From the NCBI GenBank assembly GCA_963795805.1, contig CAWCIV010000001.1:778749-842748 (forward strand): DNA of 64,000 bases, read 5' to 3'. The translations under genes were made by a program, and so were the position numbers. Every line of letters starts with the position of its first letter. The first letter of the stretch is position 1. Under the pieces are notes generated by a model. That model was not told the DNA's origin, did no database searches, and saw only the letters and a list, made by a program, of their open reading frames with translations. Of the stretch, positions 54,680 to 62,420 are shown one piece after another. Origin of the DNA: an uncultured Chloroflexia bacterium (GTDB taxonomy: Bacteria; Chloroflexota; Dormibacteria; CF-121).

Positions 54680-55980
54680 AAGATCCCCGGGAAATCATCC
54701 TTCCCAGGCCACCCGGCTTTCGGACGGTCCTGGCGAATCACGACTTTCGCCTGATCTGGTTCGCGCAAATCGCTTCCCAACTGGGCGACAAGTTCCTCAT
54801 GTTTGCCCTGCTCGTCCTCACGTACAGCATCAGCCGGGCCAACACGCACGGAGCGGCGCTGTTCCTGGCGTATACGTTTCCGTCCGTCGTCCTCAGCCCT
54901 CTGGCCGGTGTCTATGCCGATCGGCACGACAAGAAGCGGTTGATGTTTGCCACCAATGCCGTGCGTGGATTCCTGATCCTCCTCATCCCGCTGAGCCGCT
55001 TCGTGCCCTATTTCGAGCACGTCACCTGGCATCTGCTCGTGATCACCTTTCTGTTTTCCGCCGTAGGACAGATCTTCGCGCCGGCGGAAGCGGCCTCGAT
55101 CCCGTTCATCGTCGGATCGGAGGAGCTGATGACCGCCACCTCGATGTTCACCAGCACGGTGATCGTGACGCTCCTGATCGCCGTCCCACTCTCGACGCTG
55201 GCGATCCGGTTCCTCGGGACGGACTCGCCGTACTGGATCGCCACGGCGCTCTTCGTGGGGGCGGCCGCGCTGATCTACCTGGTGCGCGCGGACCTCCACG
55301 CCCGACCACAACAGGGGCCGAATGCGCCGGACATCCTGTACGAGCTCCGCGAAGGGCTCGCCTACATCGCCTCGCGCCCGCTCGTTCGCTTCGCCGTCGG
55401 GCAGCTGAGCCTGACCATCACCGTGATCTTCTCGGTGTTCGTGCTGGCCCCGAGCTACATGAGCACCGTCCTGCGCCTGCAGGTCACCGATGTCTACCTT
55501 TTCCTGGCGCCGGCCGTACTCGGCATGCTCGGGGCGGCGTTTTACCTTGGCCAGTACGGCCGTAATATTCCGCGGAGCCGCCTGCTGATTGGCGGGCTAT
55601 TGTCGGCCGGCGTCACTCTGATGCTGATCGCTGCCGTCCCTTACCTGCTCGAGCGGTTTGTGCCAGGCCTCCTCGGCATCTTCCCGGTGGTCTTCGGCTT
55701 CATCGGCGGCATCGAGTTCGGGATGCTGTTCATTCCGGCGTTCACCGTGCTCCAGGAGAAGACCGAAGCCGAGCTGCGCGGCCGAATCTTCGGCGCCATG
55801 TTCACGATCGTCAATGCGGCGGTCGCGATCCCGATCCTGCTCGCCGGCGGCCTCGCCGACCTCTTTGGCGTCACGCGGGTGATCTTCGGCATGGGCGTCC
55901 TGCTCCTGTTGAGCGGGGCGATCTCCGCCTACCCCATGCGCCGCCCAAAGACCGGTCATTCTTCTGATCTGGCCTTATAA
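54676..55980 (+). CDS. MFS transporter
   Basis: About 12 TM; F..IW.AQ..S.LGD, G..ADR..KK, RGRIFG; TTGA overlap with ksgA. Confidence 0.9.
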   Translation: MKDPREIILPRPPGFRTVLANHDFRLIWFAQIASQLGDKFLMFALLVLTYSISRANTHGAALFLAYTFPSVVLSPLAGVYADRHDKKRLMFATNAVRGFLILLIPLSRFVPYFEHVTWHLLVITFLFSAVGQIFAPAEAASIPFIVGSEELMTATSMFTSTVIVTLLIAVPLSTLAIRFLGTDSPYWIATALFVGAAALIYLVRADLHARPQQGPNAPDILYELREGLAYIASRPLVRFAVGQLSLTITVIFSVFVLAPSYMSTVLRLQVTDVYLFLAPAVLGMLGAAFYLGQYGRNIPRSRLLIGGLLSAGVTLMLIAAVPYLLERFVPGLLGIFPVVFGFIGGIEFGMLFIPAFTVLQEKTEAELRGRIFGAMFTIVNAAVAIPILLAGGLADLFGVTRVIFGMGVLLLLSGAISAYPMRRPKTGHSSDLAL

Positions 55981-56000
55981 TCCGGGTTCGAAGCTCTAGC

Positions 56001-56077
56001 GGGCGCATAGCTCAGTTGGTACGAGCGCTTCCATGACAAGGAAGAGGTCACAGGTTCGACTCCTGTTGCGCCCACCA
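56001..56077 (+). tRNA. tRNA-Val(GAC) with encoded CCA
   Basis: GGGCGCA/TGCGCCC acceptor stem, GCTC/GAGC D-stem, CTTCC-ATGACAA-GGAAG anticodon arm, ACAGG-TTCGACT-CCTGT T-arm, ACCA end. Confidence 0.95.
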
Positions 56078-56159
56078 GCCATACTCCGCCAATTTGGACT
56101 TGAGCGGGAGGCGCTGGCGGCTCCTGACGGCATCCACGTCGTTCCGCGTTATAGGCGTG

Positions 56160-56237
56160 ATGGCTAAGGCAACTCGCTTCCGCCGCTGGCTCGCCCAGCT
56201 CCTCGATCACGTCCTCCTGCACGGCATCTGGAACTAA
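56160..56237 (+). CDS. Possible 25-aa small protein
   Basis: MAKATRFRRWLAQLLDHVLLHGIWN; GC3-rich codons; lies in the otherwise unexplained tRNA-to-dehydratase gap. Confidence 0.35.
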   Translation: MAKATRFRRWLAQLLDHVLLHGIWN

Positions 56238-56262
56238 GCCCGGCAACCACTAGCCTGTAGGC

Positions 56263-57204
56263 GTGGTGGCCCAGGTTTCCCTCCAGGAGATCCAGGCGGC
56301 TGCCGAACGCATTCGTCCGTACATCCTGCCGACGCCCCTGCTCCGGGGCGACGCCCTCGGGCCCACTGCTCCCTGGCTGAAGGCCGAAAACCTTCAACGA
56401 ACCGGCTCGTTCAAGGTTCGGGGCGCCCTGAATGCCGTCATCCAATTGACCGACGACCAGCGAACGCGGGGCGTGATCACGCTCTCGGCCGGCAACCATG
56501 GCCAGGCGCTCGCCTATGCCGCCCAGCTATTCGGCATCCCCTGCGTCGTCGTGATCCGGGAGGACGCGCAACGTACCAAGCTGGAGGCGATCGAGGGGTT
56601 CGGCGCCGAAATCGTACTCACCCCGGTTGCGACCTGGCAGGAGCGCCTCGAGGCCGAACAGGCCCGTCGTGGGCTTTACCTGGTTCATCCCTTCGATGAC
56701 GATGCTGTGCTCAACGGCCAGGGAACGGTGGGGCTCGAGATCCTGGCGGCGATGCCCGGCGTCGAGACGATCGTGGTGCCGGTCGGCGGCGGTGGCCTGA
56801 TCTCAGGCGTCGCGGTCGCGGCGAAGAGTCTTCGCCCGGAAGTCCGGGTCATCGGCGTCGAGCCCGAAGGCGCAGACGTGGTCAGCCGCAGTCTTACGGC
56901 CGGCCATCCAGTCACCCTGGACCGCATCGACACCGTGGCGGATGGCCTCGCGCCGCCATACACCCGCGCCAGGAACCTGGCTCTGGTTCGGCAATACGTC
57001 GATCAGGTGATCACGGTGACCGACGCGGCCATCCTCGATGCCCTGCGCGCGATCGTTGGGAAGGCGAAGCTTGTGGTCGAGCCGGGCGGCGCCGCGGCGA
57101 TTGCCGCCCTGACCACGATGGCGATTGAGGGGCCGGCGGTCGCGATCCTGACCGGTGGCAACGTCGATAGCGCCAGGCTTGGCCAATGGCTCGCCGTGCA
57201 ATAA
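56263..57204 (+). CDS. Threonine/serine dehydratase-like PLP enzyme (no ACT domain)
   Basis: KAENLQRTGSFKVRGA, SAGNHGQ, HPFDD, GQGT.GLE, VGGGGL.SG, EPGGA. Confidence 0.9.
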   Translation: MVAQVSLQEIQAAAERIRPYILPTPLLRGDALGPTAPWLKAENLQRTGSFKVRGALNAVIQLTDDQRTRGVITLSAGNHGQALAYAAQLFGIPCVVVIREDAQRTKLEAIEGFGAEIVLTPVATWQERLEAEQARRGLYLVHPFDDDAVLNGQGTVGLEILAAMPGVETIVVPVGGGGLISGVAVAAKSLRPEVRVIGVEPEGADVVSRSLTAGHPVTLDRIDTVADGLAPPYTRARNLALVRQYVDQVITVTDAAILDALRAIVGKAKLVVEPGGAAAIAALTTMAIEGPAVAILTGGNVDSARLGQWLAVQ

Positions 57205-57216
57205 TTTCGCTCGACC

Positions 57217-57654
57217 ATGGCAGAAGCCGGGAGCCTTAAGGCCGACAGCGTCACGGTGCTAATTTTCGAAAACGACCCCCGGCAAGCGATTGCCTATCGC
57301 GAGCTCTTCGAGGCCGAGGGCTACATCGTCGAAACGCCGTCGCCCACGTCTGATGTGCAGGCCCTCTGTGAGCGGACCAAGGCTGAACTCGTCTTGTTCG
57401 ACATGAACATCTGGGAGGCCGATACAGCCTATGTGTACGGCGTGCTCATGGCGGCGCAGGGGTTGACGCGGCCCGTGATCATTGCGCTCTGCACCCTGCC
57501 TCATCAGGTCAGGCGGGCGAAGCGATTCGGTGCGGATGGCATCTGGATCCGCGGCGTGGATGACGCGGCTGAACTCCCACGCGTGGCCGCTGACCTGCTC
57601 GCTCGTCGCAAGGCGGGCAGCCTCAAGCCTCGCGTCCCTGCGACGCCGCTCTAG
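57217..57654 (+). CDS. Atypical single-domain response regulator
   Basis: VLIFEND, LFEAEGY.V, LVLFDM, PVIIAL, GAD receiver pattern; the conserved Lys position reads Arg. Confidence 0.75.
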   Translation: MAEAGSLKADSVTVLIFENDPRQAIAYRELFEAEGYIVETPSPTSDVQALCERTKAELVLFDMNIWEADTAYVYGVLMAAQGLTRPVIIALCTLPHQVRRAKRFGADGIWIRGVDDAAELPRVAADLLARRKAGSLKPRVPATPL

Positions 57655-57698
57655 TTCGACACATTTTTCCCCAAGTAATCCTCTGCCCCTTTTCAATG

Positions 57699-57748
57699 TG
57701 TGGATAAGGGCGATGGAAGCTTGACACGCTTGGATCGGAGAGGATAAT
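57699..57748 (+). promoter_or_regulatory. DnaA box plus sigma70 promoter
   Basis: TGTGGATAA (57699-57707) is the reverse complement of the consensus TTATCCACA; TTGACA (57721-57726), 16 nt, GATAAT (57743-57748). Confidence 0.7.
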
Positions 57749-57822
57749 CATTAACGCGCCGGGGGAAACGGTTTCGGCAGAGACCGCATCAAGGCAAGGG
57801 AGTCAGGGAGGTCGCTCACGGT

Positions 57823-58101
57823 TTGAAACAAACCACTCCGCTTAAGGTTTGCGCTCGTCAGGGTTGTCAGGCGCTGGTCAAAAAGGTGACAGCAAAATAC
57901 TGCAGCATCCGCTGCTGTGCCACCGACCCCAATCGCCAAGAACGGCTCAGACGGCAAGCCCGCAGGGCTCCAATCCTCCCCCTGGCGCATCAACTGACCA
58001 TCATGTTCCAGGTGCATTCGGACATCGAGGGCTCCCTCGATGATCGGGTCGGGAGTCGCGAGGACGTGCCCGCGGGTCTGCAGCGGCTGCGAGCTGTCTA
58101 A
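57823..58101 (+). CDS. Small Cys-rich (treble-clef zinc-finger-like) hypothetical protein
   Basis: CARQGC-x10-YCSIRCC; GGGAGG SD upstream of TTG; own promoter. Confidence 0.75.
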   Translation: MKQTTPLKVCARQGCQALVKKVTAKYCSIRCCATDPNRQERLRRQARRAPILPLAHQLTIMFQVHSDIEGSLDDRVGSREDVPAGLQRLRAV

Positions 58102-58127
58102 GCCCCGACCACGTAGACCTCGCTTCG

Positions 58128-58159
58128 TATAATCGGCTGACCCAAACGGGGGTTCAGTC
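58128..58159 (+). promoter_or_regulatory. thrS -10 element and SD-occluding leader hairpin
   Basis: TATAAT 58128-58133; GGCTGA-CCC...GGG-TCAGTC stem ending at the ATG. Confidence 0.5.
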
Positions 58160-59893
58160 ATGAGCGAGGATCTGGAGACACTCCGCCACTCGACCGCGCA
58201 CGTGATGGCGGCCGCCGTCCTCGACCTGTTTCCGGGCACGATCATCGGGATCGGCCCCGCCACGGATGAGGGCTTCTATTACGACTTCGGCTTCAAGGAA
58301 CCGCTTCCGGCCGATCAACTCCCCAGGATCGAAGCCCGGATGCGCGAGATCGTGAAGACCGCGCCTCAGTTCGTCAAAGAAGAACTGCCGCGTGATCAGG
58401 CGGTCAAGCTCTTCGCTGACTCCTTCCAGCCGCTCAAGCTCGAGGTGATCGCGGACAAGGTGACGGATGGCACGGCGCGCGTCTACCGAACCGGCGACTT
58501 CGTCGATCTCTGTCTCGGTCCCCATGTTGCCGATGCCGGCAAGCTCGGTGCTTTCAAATTGCTGTCGATCGCCGGCGCGTACTGGAAGGGCAGCGAAAAA
58601 AACCAGATGCTTACAAGGATTTACGGGACGGCGTTCCCGACGCAAGCCGAGCTCGATCATCACCTGCGGGCGCTCGAGGAAGCGGCCAAGCGCGACCATC
58701 GCAAGCTCGGCAAAGACCTCGACCTGTTCATGATCGACGAGCTGGTCGGCCGTGGTCTGCCCCTGCTCACCCCCAAGGGTGCCGCCATCCGGCACCAGAT
58801 GGAGGACTACATCCTCAGGCTCGAGCGGCGGCGCGGTTATGCGCACGTGCACACACCGGATATCGCCCGACTCGACCTCTACAAGGTCAGCGGCCACCTC
58901 GAGCGGTACCGCGACTCCATGTATGCGCCATCGGAGATGGAGGACGAGCAATGGCAGCTGCGGCCGATGAACTGTCCCCACCACATCCGGCTCTTCCAGC
59001 GGCAGGCGCACAGCTTCCGCGATCTACCTGTCCGGTTGGCGGAACTCGGCACCGTCTATCGCTATGAGAAGTCGGGTGAGGTATCTGGCCTCATCCGGGT
59101 GCGCTCCTTCACCATCAACGACGCCCACATCTTTTGCCGCCCCGATCAGCTGGACGAGGAATTCGAGCGGGTGGTCCAGCTCATCCTCGAGGTCTATCGG
59201 GCCTTCGGCATCACCGACTTTCACTTCCGGCTTTCGCTGCGCGATGACTCCAGTCAGAAGTGGATGGGGGACCCTGCGGTCTGGGAGAAAGCCCAGAGCG
59301 CAGCCCGACGTGCCTTGCAGGCCGCCGGCCATCCGTTCACCGAGGCGCCGGGGGAAGCCGCGTTCTACGGTCCCAAGCTCGACGTGCAGATCAAGGATTC
59401 GATCGGCCGGGAGTTCAGTCTGTCGACCAACCAGATCGACTTCCTCTTACCGGAGCGGTTCGGCCTCGAATACGTCACCTCGGAGCAGGCCATGGAACGG
59501 CCCGTCATGCTGCATCGGGCGCCGATCGGGTCGATGGAGCGCTTCATGGCCTACCTCATCGAGCACTATGGTGGCGCCTTCCCGGTCTGGCTCGCCCCTG
59601 TCCAGCTCACCTTCATTCCGATTGCGGACCGCCACGTCGACGCCGTTACGAAGCTGGCCGAGCGGTTTCGGGATCGTGACCTGCGGGTCGAGGTCGACGC
59701 CAGGGCGGAGCGGATGCAGGCCAAGATCCGCCATGCCCAGCTGCAGAAGGTGCCCTACATGGCCGTGGTCGGTGACAAGGAGTTGGAGGGCGGCACGCTC
59801 AACATTCGGCGGCGGGCGGGCGGCGACCAGGTGGCCGTGTCCGTCGACGAATTCCTCAACCGGTTGGACGAGGAGGCGCGGTTACCGCTCTAG
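58160..59893 (+). CDS. thrS: Threonine-tRNA ligase (lacks the N-terminal TGS domain)
   Basis: RHSTAH.MA.AV, GFYYDF, DLC.GPH, RDHRKLG, RPMNCPHH, R.F...DAHIF, GEAAFYGPK.D. Confidence 0.97.
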   Translation: MSEDLETLRHSTAHVMAAAVLDLFPGTIIGIGPATDEGFYYDFGFKEPLPADQLPRIEARMREIVKTAPQFVKEELPRDQAVKLFADSFQPLKLEVIADKVTDGTARVYRTGDFVDLCLGPHVADAGKLGAFKLLSIAGAYWKGSEKNQMLTRIYGTAFPTQAELDHHLRALEEAAKRDHRKLGKDLDLFMIDELVGRGLPLLTPKGAAIRHQMEDYILRLERRRGYAHVHTPDIARLDLYKVSGHLERYRDSMYAPSEMEDEQWQLRPMNCPHHIRLFQRQAHSFRDLPVRLAELGTVYRYEKSGEVSGLIRVRSFTINDAHIFCRPDQLDEEFERVVQLILEVYRAFGITDFHFRLSLRDDSSQKWMGDPAVWEKAQSAARRALQAAGHPFTEAPGEAAFYGPKLDVQIKDSIGREFSLSTNQIDFLLPERFGLEYVTSEQAMERPVMLHRAPIGSMERFMAYLIEHYGGAFPVWLAPVQLTFIPIADRHVDAVTKLAERFRDRDLRVEVDARAERMQAKIRHAQLQKVPYMAVVGDKELEGGTLNIRRRAGGDQVAVSVDEFLNRLDEEARLPL

Positions 59894-59921
59894 GGCAGGT
59901 TTGGGCGGCGACGGGGCATGC

Positions 59922-60017
59922 TATACTCCCGCATGCTAAGAGAGGCTGTCCGACTCTCACCTTCAGGCCGGGCCGAAGAGGTCACGGGACAGAAGATAGC
60001 CTCGGCTATCTTTTTTT
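59922..60017 (+). promoter_or_regulatory. infC-rpmI-rplT promoter and L20-leader-like attenuator
   Basis: TATACT 59922-59927; AGAGG-CTGTCCG-ACTCTC-ACC...GGT segment resembling Firmicutes L20 leaders; followed by a terminator. Confidence 0.7.
59993..60017 (+). terminator. Leader (attenuator) intrinsic terminator
   Basis: AAGATAGC-ctcg-GCTATCTT followed by a T-tract. Confidence 0.85.
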
Positions 60018-60037
60018 GTTTCAAGGAGGTTTGATCC

Positions 60038-60655
60038 ACGGCATTTAGGGAACTTCGGATCAACGACCAGATCCGGGCGAGCGAAGTACGCGTGATTGAC
60101 GATCAGAACGAACAGATGGGTGTCATGACCATCGATCGGGCCAAGGCCCTGGCGGTCGAGCGCGAGATGGACCTGGTCGAGGTGGCGCCCCAGGCGCAGC
60201 CACCCGTCGCACGGATCATGGACTACGGCAAATTCAAATTCGAGAGCTTAAAGAAAGACAAGGATGGACGCCGCAAACACAATGTCATCAAGGTCAAGGA
60301 GATGAAGCTCCGGCCGAAGATCGGGGAGCATGACTTCCAGACGAAGTTCCATGCCGTCAAGTCGTTCCTCGAAGAGGGCGACAAGGTCAAGCTCACCATC
60401 ATGTTCCGTGGCCGCGAAATGGTTCACCAGGACATCGGCAAGAAGCTGCTGGACCGGATGGCGCTGGAGCTCAAGAACATCAGCAGTGTGGAGCGGACGC
60501 CCCTGCTCGAAGGGAAGAACATGATCATGATCCTGGCGCCGGCCGTCAGCGCGACCGCCCCCGCCACCCCGGCGGCACCCGCAGCCGCACCGACCCAGGC
60601 GCCCGCCCCGGCCAAGGCGCCCGCCCCGGCCAAGGCGCCGGCGCCGAGGACGTAA
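60038..60655 (+). CDS. infC: Translation initiation factor IF-3 (ACG start; Ala/Pro-rich tail)
   Basis: AAGGAGGT 60023-60030, in-frame TGA 60032, then ACG-GCA-TTT-AGG-GAA-CTT-CGG-ATC-AAC ([M]AFRELRINDQIR); PPVARIMDYGKF, FRGRE. Confidence 0.96.
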   Translation, partial: TAFRELRINDQIRASEVRVIDDQNEQMGVMTIDRAKALAVEREMDLVEVAPQAQPPVARIMDYGKFKFESLKKDKDGRRKHNVIKVKEMKLRPKIGEHDFQTKFHAVKSFLEEGDKVKLTIMFRGREMVHQDIGKKLLDRMALELKNISSVERTPLLEGKNMIMILAPAVSATAPATPAAPAAAPTQAPAPAKAPAPAKAPAPRT

Positions 60656-60665
60656 AGGAGTCACC

Positions 60666-60872
60666 ATGCCAAAGATCCGCACTCACCGCGCGTCGGCCAA
60701 ACGCTTCCGTGTGACCGCCACCGGAAAGGTGGTCCGCCAGCACGCCCAGAAGAGCCATCTGCTCGGCCACAAGAGCGCCCGCCGCAAACGGCAGTACAGC
60801 AAGCTGCTGGTCCTGACCGGGAAGGACGCGCGCCGGCTGCGTCGCGTCGCACCATACCTGGAGGGGAAGTGA
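60666..60872 (+). CDS. rpmI: 50S ribosomal protein L35
   Basis: MPKIRTH....KRF.VTATGKV, HLL..KS. Confidence 0.96.
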   Translation: MPKIRTHRASAKRFRVTATGKVVRQHAQKSHLLGHKSARRKRQYSKLLVLTGKDARRLRRVAPYLEGK

Positions 60873-60873
60873 G

Positions 60874-61233
60874 ATGCCGCGCGTAAAGCGGGGCGTGGCG
60901 GCCCACAAGCGCCACAAACGGCTCCTCGCCCTCGCCAAGGGCTTCCGCATGACGCACCGGACGCTCTTTCGGCCGGCCAACGAGGCCGTGCTGCATGCGC
61001 TGGAGTACGCCTATCGCGACCGGCGTGTCCGCAAACGCGACATGCGCAAGCTCTGGATCGCGAGGATCAACGCCGCGACGAGAAGCCAGGGCGTGCCGTA
61101 CAACCAGTTCATGCACGGTCTCAAGTCGGCGGGCGTCAATATCAATCGCAAGATGCTTGCCGAGTTGGCCGTCCGTGACCCGGAGTCGTTCAGCGAGCTG
61201 ATCACGATCGCGAAGCCGCCGGCCAAAGGGTAA
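60874..61233 (+). CDS. rplT: 50S ribosomal protein L20
   Basis: MPRVKRG, AYRDRR.RKR..R.LWI.RINAA, NRKMLAELA. Confidence 0.97.
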   Translation: MPRVKRGVAAHKRHKRLLALAKGFRMTHRTLFRPANEAVLHALEYAYRDRRVRKRDMRKLWIARINAATRSQGVPYNQFMHGLKSAGVNINRKMLAELAVRDPESFSELITIAKPPAKG

Positions 61234-61388
61234 GATTGAAAGCGACGATGCGGAACGGGTTGCGCTTCGCCTTTATCGGGCCGGCACGAGGCCGGCTCGG
61301 GTTGAGTTAGCGCCGCTCAGCCAGATCGACTCGTCCGCCGGCTTGCCCCAACGATGTGAATTCGGCGCGCCCTGGAGGATTGGTGAAC

Positions 61389-62420
61389 GTGCAGCAGGCT
61401 GACGGCAAGGGCCTCGACAAGCTTCTGACCGAGGCGCGCGCGCGGATCGCGGTCGCCGCCGACGAGCCGGCGCTGGAACGCCTTCGCGTCGAGCTGCTGG
61501 GAAAGAAAGGGGCGGTCACGGCCGCGCTCCGGGGCGTGGGCGCGCTTCCCGCCGACCAGCGCGCGGTCATGGGTGCGCGAGCCAACGCCGTCAAGGCGGA
61601 GATCGATACCCTGCTGGCCGACCGTGGCCGGCAACTCCAGGCGACGCGCCTCGCGGCGCTGGCCGAAACGGAATGGGCTGATGTGACGTTCGTGCCTGGC
61701 CCATTGCGTCGCGGGCATCTCCATCCCCTGACGCGCATCCTGCGCGAGGTCAAGGAAATCTTCTCCCGCCTCGGCTATGAGGTCGCGGTCGGTCCCGAAG
61801 TCGAAGACGAGTTCCATAACTTCGAGGCCCTCAACATCCCCGCCGAGCATCCGGCCCGGGAGACGATGGACTCGTTCTACCTCGACGGCCATGGGCTCCT
61901 GCTACGGACGCACACCTCACCGGTCCAGATCCGCTTCATGGAGCAGCACCGACCGCCGATCCGCATCATCGCCCCCGGAACCGTGTACCGGCGCGACGCG
62001 ACCGATCCGGCGCACGGCTCGCAGTTCAACCAGATCGAGGCACTGTGCGTCGATCGCGACATTCGATTGTCCGATTTGAAGGGCACGATCGAGTACTTCG
62101 CCCGGTCGCTCTTCGGGCCGGATCGCCAGATTCGCATCAGTGGCGACCACTTTCCGTTCACGGAGCCGAGCATCGGCGCGGCCGTATCCTGTGGGATCTG
62201 CGGCGGTACAGGATGCCGCAGCTGCAAGCAGGGCTGGCTGGAAATCATGGGCGCGGGCATGGTGCACCCCCAGGTCCTTCGCAATGGGGGAATCGACCCC
62301 GACCTGTATTCCGGCTTCGCCTTCGGCGCCGGCCTCGAGCGGCTGGCGATGTTGAAGTACAACGTCGCCGACCTGCGGCTGTTCCTCGAGGACGACGTCC
62401 GCTTCTTGAGGCAGTTCTAG
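61389..62420 (+). CDS. pheS: Phenylalanine-tRNA ligase alpha subunit
   Basis: G.LHP, NFEALNIP..HPAR, LLRTHTSPVQIR, FPFTEPS, GFAFG.GLERLAM; GGAGG SD at 61374 (start GTG 61383 or 61389). Confidence 0.97.
   Translation: MQQADGKGLDKLLTEARARIAVAADEPALERLRVELLGKKGAVTAALRGVGALPADQRAVMGARANAVKAEIDTLLADRGRQLQATRLAALAETEWADVTFVPGPLRRGHLHPLTRILREVKEIFSRLGYEVAVGPEVEDEFHNFEALNIPAEHPARETMDSFYLDGHGLLLRTHTSPVQIRFMEQHRPPIRIIAPGTVYRRDATDPAHGSQFNQIEALCVDRDIRLSDLKGTIEYFARSLFGPDRQIRISGDHFPFTEPSIGAAVSCGICGGTGCRSCKQGWLEIMGAGMVHPQVLRNGGIDPDLYSGFAFGAGLERLAMLKYNVADLRLFLEDDVRFLRQF

Noticed and set aside
56001-56260. Genomic island integrated at tRNA-Val
   Set aside because: No integrase, no duplicated tRNA 3' end and no compositional shift downstream.
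57660-57760. Replication origin (oriC)
   Set aside because: Only one perfect and one degenerate DnaA box, no DUE repeats and no dnaA/dnaN nearby; it fits a regulated promoter better.
57753-57812. c-di-GMP-I riboswitch in the Cys-rich gene leader
   Set aside because: GGGGAAAC plus a hairpin resembles the first half only; the GNRA loop and the second stem with its receptor are missing.
60215-60245. Phe at the IF-3 position equivalent to E. coli Tyr75 as the cause of relaxed start selection
   Set aside because: Phe at this position also occurs in ordinary Firmicutes IF-3 proteins, so it is not diagnostic.
61236-61380. T-box riboswitch upstream of pheS
   Set aside because: No TGGNACC antiterminator bulge, AGTA box or terminator, and the region is short.
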